Origin: an uncultured Spirochaetaceae bacterium
Lineage (GTDB): Bacteria; Myxococcota_A; UBA9160; UBA4427
Direction of reading: 5' to 3'
Length of the DNA: 64,000 nt
Assembly: GCA_964488255.1 (NCBI GenBank)
Contig: CAZAUR010000001.1
Coordinates: 259,244-323,243 of the forward strand
Below are positions 18,944 to 27,471 of the stretch, piece by piece. Under the pieces are notes generated by a model, which was not told the DNA's origin, ran no database searches, and saw nothing but the letters and a program-made list of their open reading frames with translations. The position numbers and the translations under genes were made by a program. How positions within the stretch are numbered: the first letter of the stretch is position 1; each line of letters begins with the position of its first letter.

Positions 18944-19841
18944 GGACCCGGCTCCGGGCGTCCTCGTACAACAATCGCGCGACGTCCATCAGCGCCCGGG
19001 CGGCGGGCGATTGCGGGTGAGCGAGGCCGACCGGCCGCTGCGCTGCGATCGCGCGGTAGACGTGGAGGTCGTCCACGAGCAGGCCGTACGAGATCAACGT
19101 TCGTGCCGACTCGGCCTCCGTTCGGCGGGCGAGGGCGTCGTAGGCGTCCCGCGCCTCGCCGATCGACTCGACCCCGTGCAGCGTGACACCCAGCTCGAGG
19201 ACGGAGTGCCGCGCGTAGAGCGTGCGGGCGAGGGACGCGGTCTCCTCGAGATCCCGCGCCCGGGCGCCGGAGAGCAGCAGCAGCCAGCGGATGGGCTCGA
19301 CCGGGCCGTCGCCCTCGACGAGCCAATCGGGCGGGACGCGCACGAAGACGATGCCGCCACGGCGGGCGTCCGTCGCCATGCGCGTGGCCAGCTCCGAGGC
19401 GGTCTCGTAGAGGCTCGCCAGGTCCTTGGCCGGGCAGAAGAGCAGCTCGCATCCGAGGGGACCGACCCCGGGCTCTGGCCAGAGCGGCGAGCCGCGATCG
19501 GTTTCGGGCGCGAGCAGGATCGTCGACGCCCCGAGCCGCGCCGTCTCCACGGCGAGGTTCCAGGCGAGCGCGGCCCGGACCACGTCCCGATCGCCGATCG
19601 GCAGGCCGAGCACCGGCAACGGCGGGCCGGCGGCGGGTCCGGTTCTCGCGTCGTTCCGGGAAGCGCTTCGACCGCGGCCTGCGGTCGTCGTCGGATCGTC
19701 GACCGGCACCTCGACGGACGGCGCGGGCGAGGTCGTTGCGTCCTCGCGGTCCGCACGGGGCGTGTCGGTGGGATCCGCGTCCGGAGTCTCTTCGAGCTCC
19801 GGGAGGAAGTAGTGCAAGACGTCAGCGAGATCGCGCGGCAA
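18936..19841 (-). CDS. MinD/ParA/FlhG-like protein with a degenerate (non-canonical) Walker A
   Basis: 301-aa ORF. LPVLGLPIGDRDVVRAALAWNLAVETARLGASTILLAPE aligns with the KGGVGKT-containing strand-loop-helix of MinD-like ATPases but has GDRDVV. The C-terminal part (YGLLVDDLHVYRAIAAQRPVGLAHPQSPAARALMDVARLL) matches the family. Confidence 0.5.
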   Translation of the reverse strand: MPRDLADVLHYFLPELEETPDADPTDTPRADREDATTSPAPSVEVPVDDPTTTAGRGRSASRNDARTGPAAGPPLPVLGLPIGDRDVVRAALAWNLAVETARLGASTILLAPETDRGSPLWPEPGVGPLGCELLFCPAKDLASLYETASELATRMATDARRGGIVFVRVPPDWLVEGDGPVEPIRWLLLLSGARARDLEETASLARTLYARHSVLELGVTLHGVESIGEARDAYDALARRTEAESARTLISYGLLVDDLHVYRAIAAQRPVGLAHPQSPAARALMDVARLLYEDARSRVLG

Positions 19842-19933
19842 GGCGTCGTCCCTCGAGAGTGGAACCGGTCGGAGCGGCAGTCAGTCCGGCAGGCGCGCTG
19901 CGCCCGACCGGGAGGGGCGCAGCGTGAGGTCGG

Positions 19934-21040
19934 CTAGCGGACGTGCAGGATGGAATTCGGTTGGCCGGTCGGGCCGGGGGCCGTCTGTGGATTGGCCGGA
20001 TCTTCTCGCCACTCGCCGTCGACGACGTATCGGTACTGATAGGTGCCGGGCTCGAGGGTGAGGACCTTGGTCCAGACTCTCTCCTGACCCTCCGATGCGA
20101 TCAGCGATCGGACGCCCCGATCCGGGACCCAGCCGTTGAAGTCGCCCGCGATCCGCACGTCCCCCGCGATCGAGTCCTTGAAGCGCACGACGACTTCCCG
20201 GGGCGGTCCGCCGATCGCGAAGTCTTCGTCCTCCCCCTCCTCGAGGCCGGGCGGTCGTGACGAGAGCTGGTCCGGCGGCGACGCCGCGAGCTCGAGCGCG
20301 ACCGACGCGTAGTCGAGCGCGCCGTTCGCCGACGGGGCGTAGAGTGAGATCGGGACCCCCTGCCGGGCGGCTTCGCGCAGCTTCACGTTCAGTCGGATGA
20401 CCGAGTCGAAGCAGAGCTCCTTGAAGAGCTCGCGGATGTCGCCCAGGGTCTGCCGTGCATAACGCGTCCGGCCATCGTAGAGCGTGGGCAGCACGCGGAC
20501 GTGAAGCTCGTGGCCGATCCGATCCGAGAGCAGGCTGATCGTCTCGAGCAGCTTCTGAACGCCGTCGATCGCGAAGAAGCTCGTCTCGAGGGGGACGACC
20601 ACTTCGGTCGCAGCGCGCAGCGCGTTGAAGGTGAGCAGCCCGACGTTCGGCGGACAGTCGATCAGCACGTAGTCGTAGAGCGGCGGCAGCGTGTCGATCG
20701 CCGCGGCCAGACGCTCGGTGCGCGCATCGTGCCGCTCGGTGGCGAGCTTCTGCTCGAGGGCCGAGAGCACGATGCTCGACGGCGCGATGTCGATCTGGTC
20801 GGAGACGTCGATGATGACCGAGTCCATCCGACTCGCGCCCGAGGGTTCGACGAGCACCTCGTAGAGGTTCGCGTCGAGGTCGTCCGGCTCGAGGCCGACG
20901 GCGAGCGTCGCATGGGCCTGCGGGTCCATGTCGACGATCAGGACCCGGTTGCCGTCTGCAGCCAGGGCGCCTGCCAGGTTGACCGTGGTGGTGGTCTTCC
21001 CGCAGCCGCCCTTCTGATTCACGATGGCGATGATCCGCAT
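19934..21040 (-). CDS. ParA/Soj-family ATPase fused to a C-terminal CBM48/AMPK-beta-type glycogen-binding-like domain
   Basis: Internal ATG at 21040 gives MRIIAIVNQKGGCGKTTTTVNLAGALAADGNRVLIVDMDPQAHAT (deviant Walker A). The C-terminus VRIAGDFNGWVPD...WTKVLTLEPGTYQYRYVVDGEWREDPANP fits the CBM48/E-set pattern. Confidence 0.8.
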   Translation of the reverse strand: MRIIAIVNQKGGCGKTTTTVNLAGALAADGNRVLIVDMDPQAHATLAVGLEPDDLDANLYEVLVEPSGASRMDSVIIDVSDQIDIAPSSIVLSALEQKLATERHDARTERLAAAIDTLPPLYDYVLIDCPPNVGLLTFNALRAATEVVVPLETSFFAIDGVQKLLETISLLSDRIGHELHVRVLPTLYDGRTRYARQTLGDIRELFKELCFDSVIRLNVKLREAARQGVPISLYAPSANGALDYASVALELAASPPDQLSSRPPGLEEGEDEDFAIGGPPREVVVRFKDSIAGDVRIAGDFNGWVPDRGVRSLIASEGQERVWTKVLTLEPGTYQYRYVVDGEWREDPANPQTAPGPTGQPNSILHVR

Positions 21041-21172
21041 CACGTCCCCCCCGAAACGTTTCACCGACGCCCGGATGGGCTCGGCCTGCGATCTGTGGCG
21101 CCGGGCTCGAGACCCGGCTTCGCGCCGGATCCCCCCGACCCGACGCGACACGTCAGAGGGGCTGGCCTTCGG

Positions 21173-21772
21173 TCAGCCGGTCCGACTCCAATCCTTGATC
21201 CGGTCCTTCCGTTCCGGACGTGCTCCACGCGGTCCGGGCTTCTCGGGCAAGCCCGAAGCCCCGGCCGCGTTCTCGACATCATCCAGCGAATCTGCGCCGA
21301 TCGCCACCGGGCCAAAGCCGGACGCTGCATCGGCGCGACTCCCGGCACGGTAGGCCGAGACTTCGCGCTCGAAATCCGCGACCTCGAAGACCCATTCCTG
21401 GCCTGTGATCGCTTCGAAGACGGTGTCGTCCTGGAAGACGAGGACGACGTCACCGGTCGCGACGAGAACCAGCTCGGAGAGCGGTCGTCCGACCTGCGGA
21501 AGCAGCTCCTGGAGCGCGCGGACGCTCTTGCGGATCTTCTGGACGGACACGCCCGCGTCGATCAGTCGTTTGGTCGCCTTCAGGGCGACGAGGTCGTCGA
21601 AGCTGTAGCGGTGGTGACCGCCGGGCGTCCGCTCCGACGGCTCGATCAGGCCGGTCTTGGCCCAGTATTGGAGCTGCCGTCTCGACAGATCCAGCAGATC
21701 GACGACTTCTCGCGTCTTGAACTGCGCTCGCACCACTTCCGACGACTCCCCCGCTCGACTCGACTGCGACAC
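21173..21772 (-). CDS. MerR-family transcriptional regulator
   Basis: The HTH FKTREVVDLLDLSRRQLQYWAKTGLIEPSERTPGGHHRYSFDDLVALKATKRLIDAGVSVQKIR is typical of MerR. The C-terminal domain is not recognised. Confidence 0.8.
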   Translation of the reverse strand: MSQSSRAGESSEVVRAQFKTREVVDLLDLSRRQLQYWAKTGLIEPSERTPGGHHRYSFDDLVALKATKRLIDAGVSVQKIRKSVRALQELLPQVGRPLSELVLVATGDVVLVFQDDTVFEAITGQEWVFEVADFEREVSAYRAGSRADAASGFGPVAIGADSLDDVENAAGASGLPEKPGPRGARPERKDRIKDWSRTG

Positions 21773-22205
21773 CGGCCCCCCTCAGCTGTCCGACTGCCGT
21801 CGCGGGCACCCGGACCGTCCTGCTCTGTGATGGCGTCGCACCGCCTGGCGCGCCCGACGCTCGTTGCCCTGTCGAACGCTCGGACCGCGGTCGCGCCCCG
21901 AACCTTCGACCCGGCTTGCCCGGTCAGGCGGGGCCCACGACAACGGCGGCGCGTCGCGGTCGCATGGATCGTTTCGGGGGGTCACCGTCGCCACTGGCCC
22001 CCGGGGTTCACCCGGGTGTCAGCGAGAACATCCAGAGTAAATGAGGGGCTTCGTCTCAAGTCAAGCCAAAACCCGGGGGAATTGTCGCGATGAGGGTGAA
22101 AAACATTTCTGTCCTCCGGACTGTGCCCTAGACACTCGCGCCGCGAGTGTGACCGTTGTGGTCCAGCCTCGTGCCGACACCGACCCATGGCTGTAAGGTC
22201 GCGCC

Positions 22206-23513
22206 GTGGCTGGAGATCCCGATCAGAATGGAAGCGCCTCCGAAGACGCGACGACGGGCGGTGGTGAAGAGGCAGATGCCCCTGGGGGTACCTTGTCCCG
22301 CTTCGTGACGCACGTCGGCGATCCCCTCGGTGACGACGACGACGCCGAAGAGATCGCGGCCAGCCTCACGCGGTTGCGCGTCGCCGCCGGTGACGAACAG
22401 CGTCCTTTCATGCGCGGGATCATGGTCGCCTCGCTGACCGAACGGGGTCTCGCCTTCGAGGACGCCTACGAAGTCGCGCAGGCGGTCTGGCGCCGGCTGC
22501 GCGGTCGAAGCCTGGTCGAGAAGTCAGAGCTCGCGGCCCTCGTCGACGAGATCATCGACGCCAGCGCGCGCCCGGGATACCGGCGCCCGACCTCCGCCGC
22601 CGAGCCCGTCCTCGACGTGCTCGGGAAGGACGGTCGCTGGCCCTTCAATCAAGGGCGACTCCAGCAGAGCCTGCTCGCGGCGGGCCTCAAACCGAGCCAG
22701 GCCTTCGCCGCGGTGCTCGAGATCGAGCGGGAGCTGCGCGAGAGCGGCGACGCGAACGTCACCCGCGATGCGTTGCGCGATCAGGTGGCAGAAATCCTGC
22801 GCGAGCAGGTCTCGACGACGGCGGCCGATCGCTACCTGGCCTGGCGCTCCTTTCACGCGGAGGACGAACGGCCGCTGATCCTCCTGCTCGGCGGCACGAC
22901 CGGCGTCGGCAAGTCGACCCTCGCTCTCGAGGTCGCGCGCCGCCTCGCGATCGGTCGGCTGCTCTCGACCGACTCGATCCGCGACGTGATGCGCGTGATG
23001 CTCTCCGACGACCTGGTCCCGACCCTGCACGTGTCGTCCTTCGAGGCGCACAGCCGACTCGTGAACCCCGTCGAGCACGGTGAAGACCGGGTCATCGAGG
23101 GCTTCCTCGAACAGTCTCGGACGGTCTCGGTCGGCGTTCGGGCCGTGATCGAGCGCGCGATCGTCGAAGGCACGAGCACCGTCCTCGACGGCGTCAGTCT
23201 CGTCCCCGGCCTCTTCGATCCCGCCGAGTGGCGTGATCGCGCCCACGTGTTCTTCCTGCTGGCGGCGGACGAGGACCGCGAGTCCCTCCACAGCCACCTG
23301 ATCGCCCGGGCCCACGGCAAGGGCGCGCGGGCCTCGGAGCGCTACGTGCGCAACTTCCAGGGCATCTTCACGATCCAGTCGGACCTGCTGCAACGCGCCG
23401 CTGATTCGGGGATCCCGGTCGTCGACGTGCAGGATCTCGACGGCGCGGCGCGGCGGGTGGTGAAGCACATCGTGGACCGTCTCGGAGAGCGCCGCGCGGC
23501 CGAGCGCGGCTAG
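22206..23513 (+). CDS. 2-phosphoglycerate kinase-like P-loop kinase with N-terminal ATP-cone-like region
   Basis: 435-aa ORF with P-loop ILLLGGTTGVGKSTLALEVARRL followed by STDSIRDVMR. ATP-cone-like segment RPFMRGIMVASLTERGLAFEDAYEVA. The GTG start is uncertain. Confidence 0.6.
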   Translation: MAGDPDQNGSASEDATTGGGEEADAPGGTLSRFVTHVGDPLGDDDDAEEIAASLTRLRVAAGDEQRPFMRGIMVASLTERGLAFEDAYEVAQAVWRRLRGRSLVEKSELAALVDEIIDASARPGYRRPTSAAEPVLDVLGKDGRWPFNQGRLQQSLLAAGLKPSQAFAAVLEIERELRESGDANVTRDALRDQVAEILREQVSTTAADRYLAWRSFHAEDERPLILLLGGTTGVGKSTLALEVARRLAIGRLLSTDSIRDVMRVMLSDDLVPTLHVSSFEAHSRLVNPVEHGEDRVIEGFLEQSRTVSVGVRAVIERAIVEGTSTVLDGVSLVPGLFDPAEWRDRAHVFFLLAADEDRESLHSHLIARAHGKGARASERYVRNFQGIFTIQSDLLQRAADSGIPVVDVQDLDGAARRVVKHIVDRLGERRAAERG

Positions 23514-23517
23514 CCAC

Positions 23518-23615
23518 GGAGCGCGCGGTCGGCGCCTCGAGCGGAGCGCGCGATCGGCGCCTCGAGCGGAGCGCGCGGTCGGCGCCTCGAGCGGAGCGCG
23601 CGATCCGCGCCTCCA
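23518..23615. repeat. Tandem direct repeat, 25 bp x 4
   Basis: GGAGCGCGCG(G/A)TCGGCGCCTCGAGC occurs at 23518, 23543 and 23568, with a more diverged fourth copy at 23593. It starts 5 nt after the upstream stop codon. A degenerate copy overlaps the end of that CDS. Confidence 0.85.
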
Positions 23616-23691
23616 GTAGAGTCCGGCTCCTGCGGGCCCCGGCGCACCCCGCGTCGCGCGTCGTCCGCCCCCTCCCACGAGTACCGACGAG

Positions 23692-24411
23692 ATGGGTCGA
23701 TCCCTCAAATACGAGATCCCCGGTGTGGATCCGCGCGTCGCTCCCGACGATTGGGTCGAGAAGGGGTGGAGCGGTGTCTTCGGCGCCGCCGCCGACGGCG
23801 AGGCGCGCTCTCGCGTGCTCGAGATCGGCTTCGGACGCGGCGAGTTCCTGCTGGATCTCGCGACCAGCGCGCGGGACGTGCAGTTCCTCGGTGTGGAGGT
23901 CTCCTTCAAGCGCACGCTCAAGATGGCGCGCAAGGTCGCGCGCGCGGCCCTCGCGAACGTGCGGCTCGTGGAGGCACGTGCCGAGGACGCGATCCGGGCG
24001 CTGCCCGCGCCGGGCAGCCTCGACGCCATCTGGATCAACTTCTCCGATCCGTGGCCCAAGACCCGGCACGCACACCGCCGCGTGATTCAGCCCGCCTTCG
24101 TGGCGGATGCCGCGCGCGCCCTCGCGCCGGGGGGCCACCTCTACGTGGCGACCGATGACGTGCCCTACGCGCATCAGATGAACGAGGTGCTCTCGGCGGA
24201 GCCGGCGCTCCGGAATGCGTACGCGCCGTGGCCCTTCGTCGGCGACGTCGAGGGGCGGCGCCAGACCGGGTACGAGTCCCAGTGGCGGGAGGAGGGGCGA
24301 CCGATGCACTTCTTCGCCTATCAACGCCTGAACGTGCCCGCGGAAGGGAGCGCGCCAGGGAGCGTGCGGCCCGCGCCTGAACGCGAGCACTCGAGTCGGT
24401 GGCGCGGATGA
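23692..24411 (+). CDS. trmB: tRNA (guanine46-N7)-methyltransferase
   Basis: 239-aa ORF with LEIGFGRGEFLLDLA, FLGVEVS and INFSDPWPKTRHAHRRV. Confidence 0.9.
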   Translation: MGRSLKYEIPGVDPRVAPDDWVEKGWSGVFGAAADGEARSRVLEIGFGRGEFLLDLATSARDVQFLGVEVSFKRTLKMARKVARAALANVRLVEARAEDAIRALPAPGSLDAIWINFSDPWPKTRHAHRRVIQPAFVADAARALAPGGHLYVATDDVPYAHQMNEVLSAEPALRNAYAPWPFVGDVEGRRQTGYESQWREEGRPMHFFAYQRLNVPAEGSAPGSVRPAPEREHSSRWRG

Positions 24412-25514
24412 GCGACTCCTCAACGATCGAGAACGCGCCTCGTCACGCGACGCGTCGACCGAACCTGAAGGATCACGCCCGGGACCGCCTGCGCGCGCTC
24501 TTCGCGGAGCGCGGTTGGCCGAGCTACCGCGCCGACCAGGTCGCGACGTGGCTCTATCAGCAGGACGTGGACGACCTCGCATCGATGACGAACGTGCCGG
24601 CGGCGATCCGCGACGCGCTCGCGGACGAGTTCGACACCCGCTCGCTCGAGGTCGTCGAGACCCAGCGCTCGGTCGACGGCACGCAGAAGCTCCTGCTCGG
24701 CGCGTTCGACGGGGCGAAGATCGAGGCGGTGCTGATCCCGGAGGAGCGCCGCAACACGCTCTGCGTTTCGACCCAGGTCGGCTGCCCACTCACGTGTGAT
24801 TTCTGCGCGACCGGCGCGCTCGGCTTCACCCGCAATCTCACGACCGCGGAGATCGTCGACCAGGTCCTGCAGGCGCAGAGACACATGGAGCCGGGCTCGA
24901 GCCTCACGAACCTCGTGTTCATGGGCATGGGCGAGCCGCTCCTGAATCTGCCGGCGGTCTCCGAAGCGATCCGGATCCTGACCGACCCGAAGGCCTTCGC
25001 CCTGGCGCCCCGGCGCGTGACCGTCTCGACCGCCGGCGTCCTGCCGCAGATCGCGCCGCTCCTCGAAGTCGCGCCGATCCACCTCGCCGTGAGTCTGCAC
25101 GCGACGACCGATGAAGTGCGCGACGTGCTCGTCCCCCTCAACAAGCGCTTCCCGATCGCGGAGCTGCTGGAGACCTTGCGCGAAGAGCCGCGCATCCATC
25201 GCCGGCGGCCCGTGTTCTTCGAGTACACGCTGATGGAGGGCGTCAACGACTCGGTCGCAGATGCGAAGCGGCTGCCCGCGCTGCTGCGCGGCATCCCGTC
25301 CAAGGTGAACGTGATTCCGATGAATCCGCATGCGGACGCGCCGTACCAGCCGCCGAGCAGCGACACGGTCGATCGCTTCACCGCGGCGCTCCACGACGGG
25401 GGCGTCCGCGTCACGCTGCGCCGAGACCGCGGGCGGGACATCGATGCCGCCTGTGGCCAGCTCGCCAATCGGCGGCCCGGCGGCAGCGCGGGGGCATCAC
25501 CGGATCCCGGCTAG
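24399..25514 (+). CDS. rlmN: 23S rRNA/tRNA (adenine-C2)-methyltransferase RlmN (radical SAM)
   Basis: 371-aa ORF with CVSTQVGCPLTCDFCATG, MGMGEPL, and the C-terminal DIDAACGQL. Confidence 0.95.
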   Translation: MARMSDSSTIENAPRHATRRPNLKDHARDRLRALFAERGWPSYRADQVATWLYQQDVDDLASMTNVPAAIRDALADEFDTRSLEVVETQRSVDGTQKLLLGAFDGAKIEAVLIPEERRNTLCVSTQVGCPLTCDFCATGALGFTRNLTTAEIVDQVLQAQRHMEPGSSLTNLVFMGMGEPLLNLPAVSEAIRILTDPKAFALAPRRVTVSTAGVLPQIAPLLEVAPIHLAVSLHATTDEVRDVLVPLNKRFPIAELLETLREEPRIHRRRPVFFEYTLMEGVNDSVADAKRLPALLRGIPSKVNVIPMNPHADAPYQPPSSDTVDRFTAALHDGGVRVTLRRDRGRDIDAACGQLANRRPGGSAGASPDPG

Positions 25515-25720
25515 GGCGGTCCCTCCTCGCGTGGGGCGGGGACCCACTCTCCTAGGGGGTCGTGCCCGCCCTCCAGGGGTTCGTGCCCGCCTCGAGCCGT
25601 CGCGCCCGCCCGGGTGCGAATCGCATCAAGCGCACCCCCGGGTGCGCCGATGGGGCGAGGAGGGCGGCAGTGCACGCGCGACCGGACGGGTGCCCGCGCG
25701 CGCCGCCCGCGTGAGGGGAC

Positions 25721-26398
25721 ATGCTCTACGCATTCGGGGACATCCACGGCGAGCTCGAGAAGCTCGACGAGCTGCTCGACGTGACGCCGCTGCAGTCCGG
25801 GGACCACCTCGTCTTCCTCGGTGACTACATCGATCGCGGTCCCGATTCCCCGGGCGTGATCGATCGGCTGATCTCGCTCTCGAAGAACTACGAGTGCGTA
25901 TTCCTGCTCGGCAACCACGAGTCGATGTTCCTCGACTTCCTCGGTTGGACGGACGACGCCTACTTCGGAGGCGACGCCTTCCTGCTGAACGGCGGCGACC
26001 GCACCCTCGCCGGCTACGGCTACTTCGACCGCGAGGAGACGAGCCGCGAGAGCTTCCGTCTCCCCAAGGCACACGAGGACTTCCTGCTCGGACTGCGCCT
26101 CTCCCACGTCGACGGCGACTACCTCTTCGTGCACGCCGGCGTCTCCCAGGACCACCTGCGATCCGGCGATCTGTCCTACGCGCTCCGCAAGAGCCGCCCC
26201 GAAGACATCCTCTGGAACCGCACCTCCGGCGAGCTGCCCCACGACCTCGGCATCACCATGGTCTACGGCCACACCCCGAACGAAGACTTCGGCGTGCGCT
26301 GGAACTCGCCGTTCTCGATCGGCGTGGACACGGGCGCAGTCTACGGCGGCCCGCTGACCGCGATCCGGCTGCCGGACGAGTCGATCTTCCAGGCGTAG
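25721..26398 (+). CDS. Metallophosphoesterase (PPP-family Ser/Thr phosphatase / ApaH-like)
   Basis: 225-aa ORF with GDIHG, GDYIDRGPDS, GNHE and GHT motifs. Confidence 0.85.
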   Translation: MLYAFGDIHGELEKLDELLDVTPLQSGDHLVFLGDYIDRGPDSPGVIDRLISLSKNYECVFLLGNHESMFLDFLGWTDDAYFGGDAFLLNGGDRTLAGYGYFDREETSRESFRLPKAHEDFLLGLRLSHVDGDYLFVHAGVSQDHLRSGDLSYALRKSRPEDILWNRTSGELPHDLGITMVYGHTPNEDFGVRWNSPFSIGVDTGAVYGGPLTAIRLPDESIFQA

Positions 26399-26603
26399 CC
26401 GGAGTCGCTCGGGCGCTTTGCTCGTAGCGGCGCCTTGCCCTTGGTTTTGATGGGTGGTGGTGGGTGTCTTGTCGTGCTCGATTGGGCGTGAGGGTGTTCG
26501 GGCGCCGTGCCGTGGTCCGATATGTTAGGCGTCATTGATCAAATTCCGGTCAATCGACGTCTGCCACATTGAGTCGGCGAACCATCGCCTCTATACTTGT
26601 TAG

Positions 26604-27293
26604 GTGGACGAGATCCCCCGGCAGCTCTCGATCGATCAGTGTTTCGTGCATCGCCGCGCGCCTTCGCGCCGACGCAAGAAGCCCGGACGAAAGCCCGCGC
26701 CGCGAGCGCGCGTGTTGCACCGAAAGCGGGTGGCGGTTCGGAAGGAGCACCCGGTTCATGTGACCCTTCGGATGCGTCGGGACGTGCCGTCTCTTCGCAA
26801 CCCGCGCTGGCTGCGCGCGTTTCGCGAGACGCTCGGACGTGGCTGTGAGCGCGGGGACTTCCGCGTGGTCCACTACTCGGTCCAGCGCGATCACATCCAC
26901 ATGATCGTGGAGGCCGCCGGCAAGCAGGCGCTCGCCTCGGGGATGAAGAGCATCGGCTCGAGGGTCGCTTTGGCCGTGAATCGTGTGTTCCATAGGAAGG
27001 GGCGCGTCCTGGACGGGCGCTTCCACTCGGTCGTGCTCGGGACGCCCACGCAAGTGCACCGAGCGCTGCGGTACGTCCTGCTCAACGAACGCAAGCACCG
27101 CCGCCAGAGAGGCGAACGACTCAGCAAGAGTACGACCGCCGACCCGGCCTCGTCCGGCCGCTTCTTCGACGGCTGGAAGGAGAGGCTCAAAGCCGCCGTG
27201 CCAACCGAAGTCGCCCGCCCCCGCTCCTGGCTACTCACGAGAGGCTGGAGGAGGGGCGGCAATCCGATCTCCCTCTCGGAAGTCCCGGGCTGA
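26604..27293 (+). CDS. IS200/IS605-family Y1 (HUH) transposase-like protein, REP-associated tyrosine transposase (RAYT)-like
   Basis: 229-aa ORF with HUH motif DHIHMIVEA and Tyr motif ALRYVLLNERKH. Preceded by a locally AT-richer intergenic stretch (26480-26600). Confidence 0.8.
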   Translation: MDEIPRQLSIDQCFVHRRAPSRRRKKPGRKPAPRARVLHRKRVAVRKEHPVHVTLRMRRDVPSLRNPRWLRAFRETLGRGCERGDFRVVHYSVQRDHIHMIVEAAGKQALASGMKSIGSRVALAVNRVFHRKGRVLDGRFHSVVLGTPTQVHRALRYVLLNERKHRRQRGERLSKSTTADPASSGRFFDGWKERLKAAVPTEVARPRSWLLTRGWRRGGNPISLSEVPG

Positions 27294-27471
27294 CGAGGCC
27301 CCGCGGCACGGCCTACACGCCTCGAAAGCGCCGCTCACGCGCGCGAACGCCCGAAACACCATCCCCCATCCACAACCGACTGCACGACCGCCTGCGAGGC
27401 GAGCCCCTGCCGCCGGTGATGCGCGAGCCCATGGCACGTCCGTCGCAAGACACCCGCTTTCCCGCCGAGAA

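Noticed and set aside
22206-23513. A possible functional link between the 2-phosphoglycerate-kinase-like gene and the F420 (cofC substrate) operon.
   Set aside because: The loci are 35 kb apart with no operon or regulatory connection visible. This is pure speculation.
23518-23615. The tandem repeats here and at 63646-63777, considered as a CRISPR array.
   Set aside because: The repeats are directly abutting with no unique spacers. There are only 2-4 units and no cas genes in the window.
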